DNA from: an uncultured bacterium
Lineage (GTDB): Bacteria > Patescibacteriota > Minisyncoccia > Phycocordibacterales > GWA1-40-21
Assembly: GCA_963716205.1 (NCBI GenBank)
Contig: OY970290.1
Span: 367,417-431,416, forward strand
Direction: 5' to 3'
Length of the DNA: 64,000 bases
A program made the translations under genes and the position numbers. Of the stretch, positions 17,292 to 25,353 are shown one piece after another (positions within the stretch are counted from its first letter, which is position 1; each line of letters starts with the position of its first letter). Under the pieces are notes generated by a model. It searched no databases, was not told the origin of the DNA, and worked only from the letters and a program-made list of their open reading frames with translations.

Positions 17292-17480
17292 GTGGAAATT
17301 AAAGGAAACTACGTAAAGGTTGTCTATAGTTCTGAATCAGTCCTTTTGAATACGCCGGCAACGATTGATATTTATGAGAAAGGTAAACTAATTGTAAAAT
17401 TAAACGCAACGGTTGTACCACAAACAGGAGCTGATTCAAAACAATATCCATCCGTTCAAATTAAGGTGACTAGTCCTTAG
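17292..17480 (+). CDS. small hypothetical protein (cassette 0)
   Basis: RBS aggggtgag upstream of a GTG/TTG start. Confidence 0.3.
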   Translation: MEIKGNYVKVVYSSESVLLNTPATIDIYEKGKLIVKLNATVVPQTGADSKQYPSVQIKVTSP

Positions 17481-17513
17481 ATGTTAAATTTAAGTGAAAG
17501 GAAGTGATGAAAA

Positions 17514-17777
17514 ATGTCAGAGCATTTGATATATTTCTGTAAGAGTTGCGGTAAAATGAGGGCCGAAGCAAAGGATACTCGTTGTGCCGAATGCGAGAAA
17601 TTATTGAATCCTCCCATCGCTGATATCGTTGATAAAGACGCTGAAATTCAGAGATTAAGAGATGAGAATGCAAGACTTGAGGAAAAGATTAAGTCTCTTG
17701 AGAGCGACGAAAGAGCTAAGAGCGAATATCGGGAATATATGAGTGCCGTCGGCAAAGACACTGTAGCTGGTGGATAG
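17514..17777 (+). CDS. zinc-ribbon (CxxC...CxxC) coiled-coil protein (cassette 0)
   Basis: CKSCGK...CAECEK. RBS gaaaggaagtga. A terminator-like hairpin follows. Confidence 0.45.
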   Translation: MSEHLIYFCKSCGKMRAEAKDTRCAECEKLLNPPIADIVDKDAEIQRLRDENARLEEKIKSLESDERAKSEYREYMSAVGKDTVAGG

Positions 17778-17846
17778 TTCACCTTTTAGTAGAAAATAAG
17801 CTCCGGATCTAAATGATTCGGGGCTTTTATATTCTCCAATTACCTA

Positions 17847-17885
17847 CCAAACAAGTTCTAACTTCCTCTATCCAAGGGAGCAGAA
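17847..17885 (+). repeat. cassette-boundary repeat R1
   Basis: ccaaacaagttctaacttcctctatccaagggagcagaa. Confidence 0.7.
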
Positions 17886-17913
17886 TAATATCAACTTTGA
17901 TATACTCTTGTAC

Positions 17914-18429
17914 ATGCAGAAAAGCATTCAAGAGGTAATTGAAATTATAAAAACTAAAGAGAAAACTTTGTTTATTTTGTGCGGTCTTCCCTATTCTGGC
18001 AAAACATACATAGCCAAAGAAATTATGAAATATGTTCCTATGATCTATGTCAGCATTGATAATATTTTCCACGAGCATGGCTATGATTGGAATGTTAATA
18101 AACTACCGGATGAAATAGCTTGGACAGAAATATTTGATGTATCGTATGAGAAAGCTCGTAAAGCACTCAATCAATCCTTAAATGTTTTATATGATTCCAC
18201 AAACCACACTAAGATTAGTCGCGATGATTTACGTAAAGTAGCTGGGAGTGTAGGAGCAGATACAAACGTTATTTTTATAGATGTTCCAGTTGATACTATT
18301 TATAAAAGATGGGAGGAAAACAAAGTTAATAAAACAAGATCGATAGTTGATAGAAAGTTGGTAGATATGACTATAAAGGCTTTTGAAAAACCTATAAAGG
18401 GTGAAAATGTATTAATTTTGGCTAATTAA
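17914..18429 (+). CDS. P-loop kinase (AAA_33 / zeta-toxin-like / polynucleotide-kinase-like) (cassette 1)
   Basis: Walker A ILCGLPYSGKTYIAKE and a DSTNHT region. The ATG at 17914 lies 7 bp after an extended -10 (TGaTATACT), so the mRNA is probably leaderless. Confidence 0.55.
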   Translation: MQKSIQEVIEIIKTKEKTLFILCGLPYSGKTYIAKEIMKYVPMIYVSIDNIFHEHGYDWNVNKLPDEIAWTEIFDVSYEKARKALNQSLNVLYDSTNHTKISRDDLRKVAGSVGADTNVIFIDVPVDTIYKRWEENKVNKTRSIVDRKLVDMTIKAFEKPIKGENVLILAN

Positions 18430-18430
18430 T

Positions 18431-18464
18431 AAGGTTCTAACTTCCTCTATCCATGGGAGCAGAA
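18431..18464 (+). repeat. cassette-boundary repeat R2 (between convergent genes)
   Basis: aaggttctaacttcctctatccatgggagcagaa. Confidence 0.7.
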
Positions 18465-18479
18465 ATAGATTTTGTTTTA

Positions 18480-18923
18480 TCATTCAATTTTTTTACCCCA
18501 TTTTTGCCTATACTCTTCTTCACCCTTTCTCAGTGTTTCTTTAAGGTCATTAATTGATTTTTCTAATTTTTCAGCTATATCTAAACCCATGTGTGAATTA
18601 TAAAAATTAAATTCGTCTGTTTTTACTTTTTCTTTAATTACACCCTCTGTCTTTTCATGAGACTCTTTTTCTGTTGTCGTATTAGTATAAACTTTATTCT
18701 CACCTTGAATTAATCTTTCGTAGGCATTATTTATATTTTGTGTAATCTCAGTTGCCCTTGGATCGGTATTAACATCAGGGTGTAATTTTTTTAATAAGTC
18801 CATCCACGTGTTTTTAATATCCTCAGGTGTAGCTGTTTCTTCCAATCCCAATACTTCATAAGGATTAGCGCTATAAAATTGGTCATAATTTTCTTGGTTT
18901 GTATTTGGTGATTCAAAACTCAT
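18480..18923 (-). CDS. J-domain (DnaJ-like) protein, 147 aa (cassette 2)
   Basis: NPYEVLGLEETATPEDIKNTWMDLLKKLHPDVN with the HPD tripeptide. Confidence 0.65.
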   Translation of the reverse strand: MSFESPNTNQENYDQFYSANPYEVLGLEETATPEDIKNTWMDLLKKLHPDVNTDPRATEITQNINNAYERLIQGENKVYTNTTTEKESHEKTEGVIKEKVKTDEFNFYNSHMGLDIAEKLEKSINDLKETLRKGEEEYRQKWGKKIE

Positions 18924-18961
18924 ATCAAAAGTATATCAAAAAATATCTAATTTACTAGAAA

Positions 18962-18996
18962 ACATTTTCTAACTTTCTTTATCTAAGGGAGTAAAA
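18962..18996 (+). repeat. cassette-boundary repeat R3 (degenerate)
   Basis: cattttctaactttctttatctaagggagtaaaa. Confidence 0.5.
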
Positions 18997-19070
18997 ATTA
19001 ATACTTGACACTGTATTATATTATGTGCTATTATTTACTCGGCTAAATTTACAGTAAGAAGGAGACGGAA

Positions 19071-19469
19071 ATGAAATTAATATCTTTGCTGTTTTGTTCC
19101 TTGTTGTTTACAGGCTGTGCAGCAATCCGAGATCAAGTTCAAGCTCCGCAAGGTAAAATTGTTATTAAACACAGCGGAATTGAAGAAAAACTCCAACAAA
19201 AAATTCAAGAAGTTAAAAAGTATTGGGGAGTTCGACAAGTTGGCGTCGGGTATCCGAATAAATGGAGTCCTGATGAAATGTCGGCAGAAGTAACAGCTGA
19301 GTATCGCGCCAAAGTAGATTATATGGAAAAAGTTCTCCATAAAGACTCTGCGGTGCTTGTTGGTATTGGGGTCGATTATGTCCTTGATGACCACTATAAA
19401 GTTTATGCCGCAATCGCGTTTGACATCAAAAAGAAACTTTTTGGCAAACGCAAAAGCCCTCATTCGTGA
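19071..19469 (+). CDS. lipoprotein (cassette 3)
   Basis: Signal peptide with lipobox LLFTGC. Promoter TTGACA-18-TATTAT and RBS aaggagacgg. The terminator at 19455-19484 overlaps the TGA stop. Confidence 0.55.
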   Translation: MKLISLLFCSLLFTGCAAIRDQVQAPQGKIVIKHSGIEEKLQQKIQEVKKYWGVRQVGVGYPNKWSPDEMSAEVTAEYRAKVDYMEKVLHKDSAVLVGIGVDYVLDDHYKVYAAIAFDIKKKLFGKRKSPHS

Positions 19470-19484
19470 GGGTTTTTCTTTTAT
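19455..19484 (+). terminator. rho-independent terminator (ccctca ttcg tgaggg + TTTTTCTTTT)
   Basis: Stem-loop followed by a T-run. Confidence 0.6.
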
Positions 19485-19492
19485 CTAATTCC

Positions 19493-19534
19493 CCACCAAA
19501 CAAGTTCTAACTTCCTCTATCCATGGAAGCAGAA
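19493..19534 (+). repeat. cassette-boundary repeat R4
   Basis: ccaccaaacaagttctaacttcctctatccatggaagcagaa, followed by TTGACA-17-TAAACT. Confidence 0.7.
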
Positions 19535-19613
19535 ATAAAACTTGACAAAAACATTATTTGATATTAAACTATTAGTAGGAAAGAAATCAAATTATAACTG
19601 GTTGGAGGAGAAA

Positions 19614-19841
19614 ATGTTTACTTACCTAAGATCGCCGTTGGGATACGTCCTCATAACAGTTTTTGTTGTCGGTTTTTTCCTTTTAATTTTGCCGTTTCAT
19701 TTTGGTTTCCATTGGTGGATTATCATTACCACCATTATCGGCTCAGCTCTCTGTGCTTGGAGTGGGCTCTTAATGTATGGAATTTATGATATCGAAAAAG
19801 AAGACAGACATTTTTTAGATATCGAAATGAAAAAATTATAA
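19614..19841 (+). CDS. small two-TM membrane protein (cassette 4)
   Basis: The ATG is preceded by ggttggaggag. The hydrophobic core is VLITVFVVGFFLLILPF...WWIIITTIIGSALCAW. Confidence 0.45.
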   Translation: MFTYLRSPLGYVLITVFVVGFFLLILPFHFGFHWWIIITTIIGSALCAWSGLLMYGIYDIEKEDRHFLDIEMKKL

Positions 19842-19980
19842 AGTGACGATCCCCCGCCCCTTGTTCTTAGGAACTTGTGGGCGGTTTTCTTTTACCCAAA
19901 TCAATATATTCCTCCAGCAAGAGGGAGGCAGAAAAGAAAAACCCTGCATTACACAGGATTTTTCCAATGCAATACAGGGT

Positions 19981-20349
19981 TTACGAAGAATCTCTAAGAA
20001 AACGTTGCCAGCGATGAGTCTCTTCCTTCTGTTTGTTAGAGCATTCATCCCACACTTTTGCTAGTTCACTAAGACGCGCAATGGACATGGGTAGTTCGAA
20101 ACGTTTTTCAGAATATGTATACGTCTCGTCCAACATTCGATAATTCTTTTCGGCACGTTTTCTTTCCTTAGGATCTTGATCATCTCTGGCGATTATTTGA
20201 GCACCGTACCACGCTCTCCTAATGAGATCTTCAAGTATCGTTCTACCCACCATTTTCTCATTATAGAGAAGAGCTTCTTTTGTTCTTCCGTGTTTCCGAC
20301 CAAACCAATAAACGAACATTAGAGCGACGAGCAACGCTATGATTTCCAT
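19981..20349 (-). CDS. N-terminally membrane-anchored hypothetical protein (cassette 4, convergent)
   Basis: The MEIIALLVALMFVYWF TM anchor is followed by a charged domain. Confidence 0.4.
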   Translation of the reverse strand: MEIIALLVALMFVYWFGRKHGRTKEALLYNEKMVGRTILEDLIRRAWYGAQIIARDDQDPKERKRAEKNYRMLDETYTYSEKRFELPMSIARLSELAKVWDECSNKQKEETHRWQRFLRDSS

Positions 20350-20425
20350 AAAATCTCCTTTTAGAAAGATCAACTTCTTTTACTAAAATTTACATTACCC
20401 CTTAAGATTTATTTAGTCAAATGTT

Positions 20426-20463
20426 AAAACAGGTTCCAACTTCCTCTATCCATCGGAGCAGAA
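20426..20463 (+). repeat. cassette-boundary repeat R5
   Basis: aaaacaggttccaacttcctctatccatcggagcagaa, followed by TTGACA-17-TATTGT. Confidence 0.7.
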
Positions 20464-20569
20464 CATATTATTGACAATTAATTTAATATCTGATATTGTA
20501 ATGATTAGTTGTTACTAGCGATTATTTCCCAAAAAATCGCTAAATTTAAAATTTTTGGAGGTTTTGACA

Positions 20570-20976
20570 TGAGGAGTTTTAGCAATAAAGTAACACTGGA
20601 AGAAGTGAGACTTCTTTTGTATCAAAATTATAACCCCGAAAGAGAGTCATATAATCCTTCTGAACATTGGAGAGGATGCAAAGGTCTACTTATGTTTGCT
20701 GATTATATTGAACGCTGGATCGGAGATAATATCTTTGATTGGTCAAAAAAGAAAAATGACCTTTTATGGTTACCAATTTGTGATTTTGTTGACCATTATC
20801 CTGTTTCAGCTCATACCATGAAGTTGCTGCAAAAGTATTACCAAAACGCTGGAGAATGTACTATGTATCTTTTTCTTGGAGGGAAAATCAATTTTCGGAA
20901 ACATAAGGGTGTTGGAAAGAAAGCTATTTTAGAAGTCAAAAAAGCTTTCGCCAGTTGTGGTTTCCGTTTCCTCTAA
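20570..20976 (+). CDS. small protein with C-terminal helix-hairpin-helix-like motif (cassette 5)
   Basis: LGGKINFRKHKGVGKKAILEVKKAF resembles an HhH GxG motif. RBS ggaggttttgacATG. Confidence 0.4.
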
Positions 20977-21117
20977 GAAGTTCTTTGGTTACTGGTTGAT
21001 GCCTCCTGAACCATCTGTGGCCATTCTTTCCAAAAAAAGGATTCGCCCAAGAAAATAACAGAGTTAAAAGTTAAGATTCCAAACCTTAACTGATGACTGT
21101 AGTTATAACCGGGAGTT

Positions 21118-21157
21118 AGGCGGTCTTCTCTACCAAGAAGAACCGCCTATTTTATTG
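21118..21157 (+). terminator. orphan rho-independent terminator (ggcggtcttct...agaagaaccgcc + ATTTTATT) about 140 nt after the cassette-5 ORF
   Basis: Strong hairpin and T-rich tail. There is no ORF of 60 aa or more between 20977 and 21117. Confidence 0.45.
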
Positions 21158-21160
21158 CAT

Positions 21161-21198
21161 AAAACAAGTTCTCACTTCCTCTATCCAAGGGAGCAGAA
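21161..21198 (+). repeat. cassette-boundary repeat R6
   Basis: aaaacaagttctcacttcctctatccaagggagcagaa. Confidence 0.7.
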
Positions 21199-21273
21199 AT
21201 TATTTGACTAATTATTTAATTATAGTAGTTTAGACATTAAATTTGTTCTTAATAAAGAAAGGTGGTGATTTTT

Positions 21274-21498
21274 ATGTCAACGAACACTGAGGTAAAACAA
21301 TTTACCGATGATGAAAAAAGGAAAATTGCCCTTAAGATTTTGAATTCTAAACTTAAGGATATGGGCGTTATGCTTGCTAAAAACCAAGATGTAGGGCTTT
21401 ACTTTATCAAGAAAGAACTTGGGCTTTCTGACGAAGACACCAAGGCTTTTGCCGAGGGACTTCTTTCTGGTAATTTTTTTAATTCACTTTTCAAGTAA
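21274..21498 (+). CDS. small hypothetical protein, 74 aa (cassette 6)
   Basis: RBS aaaggtggtga 8 nt before the ATG. Terminator at 21521-21549. Confidence 0.4.
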   Translation: MSTNTEVKQFTDDEKRKIALKILNSKLKDMGVMLAKNQDVGLYFIKKELGLSDEDTKAFAEGLLSGNFFNSLFK

Positions 21499-21520
21499 TA
21501 ATTTCTATCAAAGTAATGAA

Positions 21521-21549
21521 AAGCCCCTGAGTAATTGAGGGGCTTTTTT
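21521..21549 (+). terminator. rho-independent terminator (agcccct...aggggct + TTTTTT)
   Basis: 7-bp stem followed by a T6 run. Confidence 0.6.
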
Positions 21550-21566
21550 CATGTCTAATTTCCTTT

Positions 21567-21604
21567 CAACCAGGTTCCAACTTCCTCTATCCATCGGAGC
21601 AGAA
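21567..21604 (+). repeat. cassette-boundary repeat R7 (between two convergent terminators)
   Basis: caaccaggttccaacttcctctatccatcggagcagaa. Confidence 0.7.
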
Positions 21605-21618
21605 GTTTATAAATAAAA

Positions 21619-21642
21619 CGAGCCCCGTTAAATTGGGGCTCG
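21619..21642 (-). terminator. minus-strand terminator (cgagcccc gttaaatt ggggctcg, T-rich tail on the minus strand) for gene 21662..22618
   Basis: Perfect 8-bp stem. On the minus strand TTTTATTTAT follows. Confidence 0.55.
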
Positions 21643-21661
21643 GTGATACAAAATGATACAG

Positions 21662-22618
21662 TTATTTTTCCTCGATTTCAAGAATTTTTTTCTTGAGGAC
21701 TACCGTTTCCTCCTTAGTGAATGGTAGCCTTCCAGAATTCCATCCCCGGAGGGACTGCGCATCTGTTAGTTTACGTTCCTCCGCGATTGCTATATCCTCA
21801 ACTATATTTCCAACACGGAACAGAAAATTATCTAAGGAAGAAATATATCCCTTAGTTTCGTAAAGCCAGCATTCGCGTTTCCCGTCTTTTTTTGCTATTT
21901 CGAGGGTACTATTCAAAGCTTCTGGAAGTAAATAATCTTGTGAGGCTCTGCGAGATCCTCCGCCACTATTTTCCCAGATACAGTATTCAGGCATTGCCAA
22001 CGGTTTTTCCTTTATTACTAGAGGATCTAGAGTGGTCCTAAAATCACTGAAAACAGACATTCTCTGTCGCATGATGTCAAATCGTTCCTCTCTTTCTTTT
22101 ATCTGTTTTTCAACTGAGTTAAAAAACTCTGTTAAAAGCCAAATCAAAGAGTTGCGAAGCGCGACCTTTTTCATGAAGACAGTATCTTCGATAAACTTGG
22201 CTAAATTAGTTTTATGACCAAGCGATCGAACCAAAAACACATGCGATTTTTTGACGATTTGTTCTGCAAGCTTGGCTGAACTGTAAAAGGAAAAAGTTTT
22301 TTCCTCCCTCACAATCCACTCACCAGATCGTCCAAGAGCGATGTCCATAAAACTGGAATGATCGCTTAATAATCTGATTGCTCGGCAGTTCCTAAATTGT
22401 TCCTGAACCTCGCAATAAAATGTTTCAGTTATTTTTTTACCCAGCCATTGAACAAGTGGTAAAAGTATTTTAACCACCTCTTCAAGGACAACGGTCAAAT
22501 TTTCAGCAGTGAAATCGAAATCCATTTCTTTTCCGATGTTCATCGCTTGAAATCTTTCACGTGCAGATAATTCTTGCAACTGTGAAGCTTCCTTCAAATT
22601 TTGTTTAGGCGTACCCAT
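21662..22618 (-). CDS. hypothetical protein, 318 aa (cassette 7)
   Basis: Long ORF with a terminator. No family recognised. Confidence 0.5.
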   Translation of the reverse strand: MGTPKQNLKEASQLQELSARERFQAMNIGKEMDFDFTAENLTVVLEEVVKILLPLVQWLGKKITETFYCEVQEQFRNCRAIRLLSDHSSFMDIALGRSGEWIVREEKTFSFYSSAKLAEQIVKKSHVFLVRSLGHKTNLAKFIEDTVFMKKVALRNSLIWLLTEFFNSVEKQIKEREERFDIMRQRMSVFSDFRTTLDPLVIKEKPLAMPEYCIWENSGGGSRRASQDYLLPEALNSTLEIAKKDGKRECWLYETKGYISSLDNFLFRVGNIVEDIAIAEERKLTDAQSLRGWNSGRLPFTKEETVVLKKKILEIEEK

Positions 22619-22757
22619 GTTACTACCTCCATGAGAAGTGCATAGTGGAACAGTAAGACACTTGGCGAACCATTTATGCCTTTATTGAACCGTACCATTT
22701 TCAATGAACTATCTCATTGGCGATAATATAACAATAATAGAATAAGTCAATTTGTTA

Positions 22758-22778
22758 CCAAACAAGTTCTAACTTCCT
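22758..22778 (+). repeat. truncated repeat copy R8 (left 21 nt only)
   Basis: ccaaacaagttctaacttcct, followed by unrelated sequence. Confidence 0.5.
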
Positions 22779-22810
22779 GGATTGAACAATCATTTAGTAG
22801 TTGTCGTGGA

Positions 22811-22924
22811 ATGTCCACGTACAATTGCACTAAATGTGATACCTCAGTTCCCGCTGGTCTTTTTACGAAAAGAAGGGAAAATTCAATTTGCACAGGAAAG
22901 CCTAAAAAATTTTCTCGATTTTGA
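22811..22924 (+). CDS. candidate 37-aa Cys-containing micro-protein (MSTYNCTKCDTSVPAGLFTKRRENSICTGKPKKFSRF)
   Basis: This ORF is below the 60-aa threshold of the track. It ends 20 nt before a strong terminator at 22945-22987. The RBS is weak. Confidence 0.25.
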   Translation: MSTYNCTKCDTSVPAGLFTKRRENSICTGKPKKFSRF

Positions 22925-22944
22925 GAACTCAAGTAAATATATTA

Positions 22945-22987
22945 CCCGCCAAACGAGAAAAACTCGTTTCGGCGGGTTTTTCTTTTA
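22945..22987 (+). terminator. rho-independent terminator (cccgccaaacgag aaaaa ctcgtttcggcggg + TTTTTCTTTT)
   Basis: 13-bp stem followed by a T-run. Confidence 0.55.
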
Positions 22988-22988
22988 C

Positions 22989-23026
22989 CTCAAACACGTT
23001 CTAACTTCCTCTATCCAAGGGAGGAG
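22989..23026 (+). repeat. cassette-boundary repeat R9 (last copy, abuts the core genome)
   Basis: cctcaaacacgttctaacttcctctatccaagggaggaga. Confidence 0.65.
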
Positions 23027-23087
23027 ATGAATTTGGTGAATCCGACCTGTTTCCGCCAAAAACCAAAATCATAAAACATTCTTATTT

Positions 23088-23351
23088 TTAGCCATTTTTA
23101 CGATGAGGACAGCCTGGCCAGCAGCATGGACGACGCATACCCTTAATAAGCTCGTCTCGCACCCGCCTAATATGATCGCGTCTTGTTTCTTCTTGCTTGA
23201 CAGAAATAGTCCAGCAAATCCATTCATTGCGCGCAAGCGGCGTAATATTTTCCCACGCTGATAGAGCTTTTGGAGAAGCCAAAAGAGCCTTGCGCAAATC
23301 CGCAGGCACTTTATGTATATTTGCCAAACCTTCTGATATTTTTTTTACCAT
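23088..23351 (-). CDS. YdeI/OmpD-associated family protein
   Basis: VPADLRKALLASPKALSAWENITPLARNEWICWTISVKQEETRRDHIRRV matches the YdeI C-terminal pattern. Confidence 0.5.
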   Translation of the reverse strand: MVKKISEGLANIHKVPADLRKALLASPKALSAWENITPLARNEWICWTISVKQEETRRDHIRRVRDELIKGMRRPCCWPGCPHRKNG

Positions 23352-23905
23352 ATAAATAGGATTAAAGTTTTTGTTTTTTTCTTGTATTCAGGATATTCAT
23401 TCGGAAAAAGCTGCTGCATATATTTTTCTTCCACGGGAATCCGATACAGGAAATTGATGCAACAGATGATAAAAATCATAAGATAGAGGATGCCCCCGGC
23501 AAGTACTGATCCAAAAAGAGCAAGAAGTATTCCAGTATAGATTGGATGACGTACAAAATGATACGGACCCGATGTTATAAGCTCATGATCTTCTTTCATA
23601 GATGGAGTTCCACTCCAGTTTCTTCCAAGATCTCGTCTTGCCCAGATTGCAAAGCTAAGGCCGATGGCGCAAAGAATAACACCGATTATTTGGACAGCAT
23701 AACTGAATTGATATCCAAATTTCCAGAATGAATTTATCTGAAGCAATATGATCATAACAACAATCAGCATAATACGAATTGCAGCGTTTTTTCGCCATTC
23801 TTTTGTACGGATATTCTTCTTGACCCCGATTGCGGAGACGAGCCAATAGAGAATAAAGATGAGCCAGAAAATACCGAGAAGATTGGTAAAAATTGATGAA
23901 TGCAT
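23345..23905 (-). CDS. membrane methyltransferase of the ICMT/PEMT family
   Basis: Multi-TM protein with GPYHFVRHPIYTGILL (RHPxY motif). Confidence 0.6.
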   Translation of the reverse strand: MHSSIFTNLLGIFWLIFILYWLVSAIGVKKNIRTKEWRKNAAIRIMLIVVMIILLQINSFWKFGYQFSYAVQIIGVILCAIGLSFAIWARRDLGRNWSGTPSMKEDHELITSGPYHFVRHPIYTGILLALFGSVLAGGILYLMIFIICCINFLYRIPVEEKYMQQLFPNEYPEYKKKTKTLILFIW

Positions 23906-23908
23906 AAA

Positions 23909-24232
23909 TTATTCAACGACCACTGCGGTGCCATAACAGAGCACTTCTGTCACTCCTTGCATCATTTCCGTCGTATCGTAGCGAATGCCGATAACCGCAT
24001 TTGCTCCTTTTTCCGTTGCGTGTTTGATCATGAGATCATACGATTCTTCCCTCGTCTTTTCGCACAATTCAGTGAATAAGCTGATATTGCCGCCGACAAT
24101 TGTCTGCAAAGCTCCGCCGATTGAACCGACAATCGATCGTGAACGGACGATAATTTCTTTTACGATGCCGAGATTTTTCGTAATCTTCTTTCCCGGCAAA
24201 TCAAATGCCGTTGTTGTATTGTTGTGATCCAT
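23909..24232 (-). CDS. YbjQ/UPF0145 family protein
   Basis: [15 protein letters not shown]...[10 protein letters not shown] is the typical YbjQ C-terminus. Confidence 0.65.
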   Translation of the reverse strand: MDHNNTTTAFDLPGKKITKNLGIVKEIIVRSRSIVGSIGGALQTIVGGNISLFTELCEKTREESYDLMIKHATEKGANAVIGIRYDTTEMMQGVTEVLCYGTAVVVE

Positions 24233-24287
24233 ACTGAGGATTATAGCAGATTTTTAGAAGATGCGCTGAATAAAAAAATCTTCTTAT

Positions 24288-24737
24288 TTGGAACAGAAAT
24301 TTTGGCTATATTTTCAATCTTTTGATATAATACCTTCAGGTCAATTTAATAATTATAATAAAATTAGCATGGATATTACCACTGTTCTCACTCAAATATT
24401 AGGAATTATCTTTTTGGTTCTCGGTGTGTCGATGTTTATCAACAGCAGGAACGAAGTTTCCGTTCTCGGATCGATCGATTCAAATAAAGGTTTGATGTGG
24501 GCGTACGGGTTTATTGCTTTGACAATGGGAGCGACAATTATCGCATTAAATAATATCTGGACTTCCGGCTGGCCACTAGTCATTACTATTATCGGCTGGC
24601 TCTGTTTGCTCAAAGGAGTGTGTATTTTGGTTTTTCCGCAGTCAATGGTTTCAATTTATAAAAAATGGAATAAACCGGGCTTGATCGGCTTTACCGGATT
24701 CGTGATAATTGTTTTAGGTTTAATTTTTCTTTTATAG
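24288..24737 (+). CDS. multi-TM membrane protein
   Basis: Hydrophobic segments throughout. The start may be an internal Met near 24370. Confidence 0.4.
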   Translation: MEQKFWLYFQSFDIIPSGQFNNYNKISMDITTVLTQILGIIFLVLGVSMFINSRNEVSVLGSIDSNKGLMWAYGFIALTMGATIIALNNIWTSGWPLVITIIGWLCLLKGVCILVFPQSMVSIYKKWNKPGLIGFTGFVIIVLGLIFLL

Positions 24738-25029
24738 AAAAATTTTTGTTTTTATCTGAATGCAAAAGCCATCAATACGATAGTCAAAGCATTGAGAATC
24801 ACCAATGCTAATACCAATGCCGTTTTCGAGTGCATTTCGCTAGGATTCATTAAAATATAGATCGTGTAGATTATTGCCACAATGGCTGCACCGAGAAAAT
24901 TTCCTTTTACCATGCTTACAATGTAACATCAAATATCTTTGAAGGCAAGAAAAAGCAAATTTGATTTATACAAATATGTGATGTAGACTATTGTTCAGCA
25001 AAGTTCTTTTATAAACAAGGAGACAAAAC

Positions 25030-25353
25030 ATGAATGATACAGTCACTGTTTTTAATCTGCCAGAATACAAGGAAATGTCCGAGCGTTTGTTGTTAAAGAT
25101 TGGTAATAAACCTTTTCAACAGGAATTTTACCAAATCTTGTTAAAACATGCGGGTCAGGCACGAATTCCCCGCGGCGTAGTTACCATGCTGTCATCGGCT
25201 ATTGATGTCTACATGAGTCAGGAGAAAAGACCATTGATTTATAAAACGTTACTCTATAAGCAAATTCCCGGAATCATTGATGTTCTTGTCCGTGATATTA
25301 AATTAGCTAAAGAAACAAAAAAACTTTGGAAAGAAAAAGATTCTCGGGTATGA
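25030..25353 (+). CDS. hypothetical protein (107 aa)
   Basis: RBS caaggagacaaaacATG. A terminator hairpin lies at about 25373-25410 (aaagccc...gggctttttttt). Confidence 0.4.
   Translation: MNDTVTVFNLPEYKEMSERLLLKIGNKPFQQEFYQILLKHAGQARIPRGVVTMLSSAIDVYMSQEKRPLIYKTLLYKQIPGIIDVLVRDIKLAKETKKLWKEKDSRV

Noticed and set aside
17191-23026. Could the direct repeats be a CRISPR array?
   Set aside because: The spacers between repeats are 230-1200 bp and contain complete genes with promoters and terminators. The repeats lack CRISPR-like periodicity. No cas genes are present.
17191-23026. Could the repeats be classical integron attC sites with an IntI integrase?
   Set aside because: Copies are about 35-40 bp with only weak terminal inverted symmetry, not the 57-141 bp R''-L''/L'-R' palindromic attC structure. 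No IntI-type integrase is adjacent. I keep only the looser label integron-like.
17191-23026. Could the repeat be a shared upstream promoter element (UP element or regulator site) for the cassette genes?
   Set aside because: Several copies (18431, 21567, 22989) have no plus-strand gene downstream and sit between convergent genes or terminators. This is inconsistent with a purely promoter-associated role.
22782-23030. 82-aa ORF 22782..23030
   Set aside because: It runs through a strong intrinsic terminator and the R9 repeat. A 37-aa ORF ending before the terminator is more plausible.
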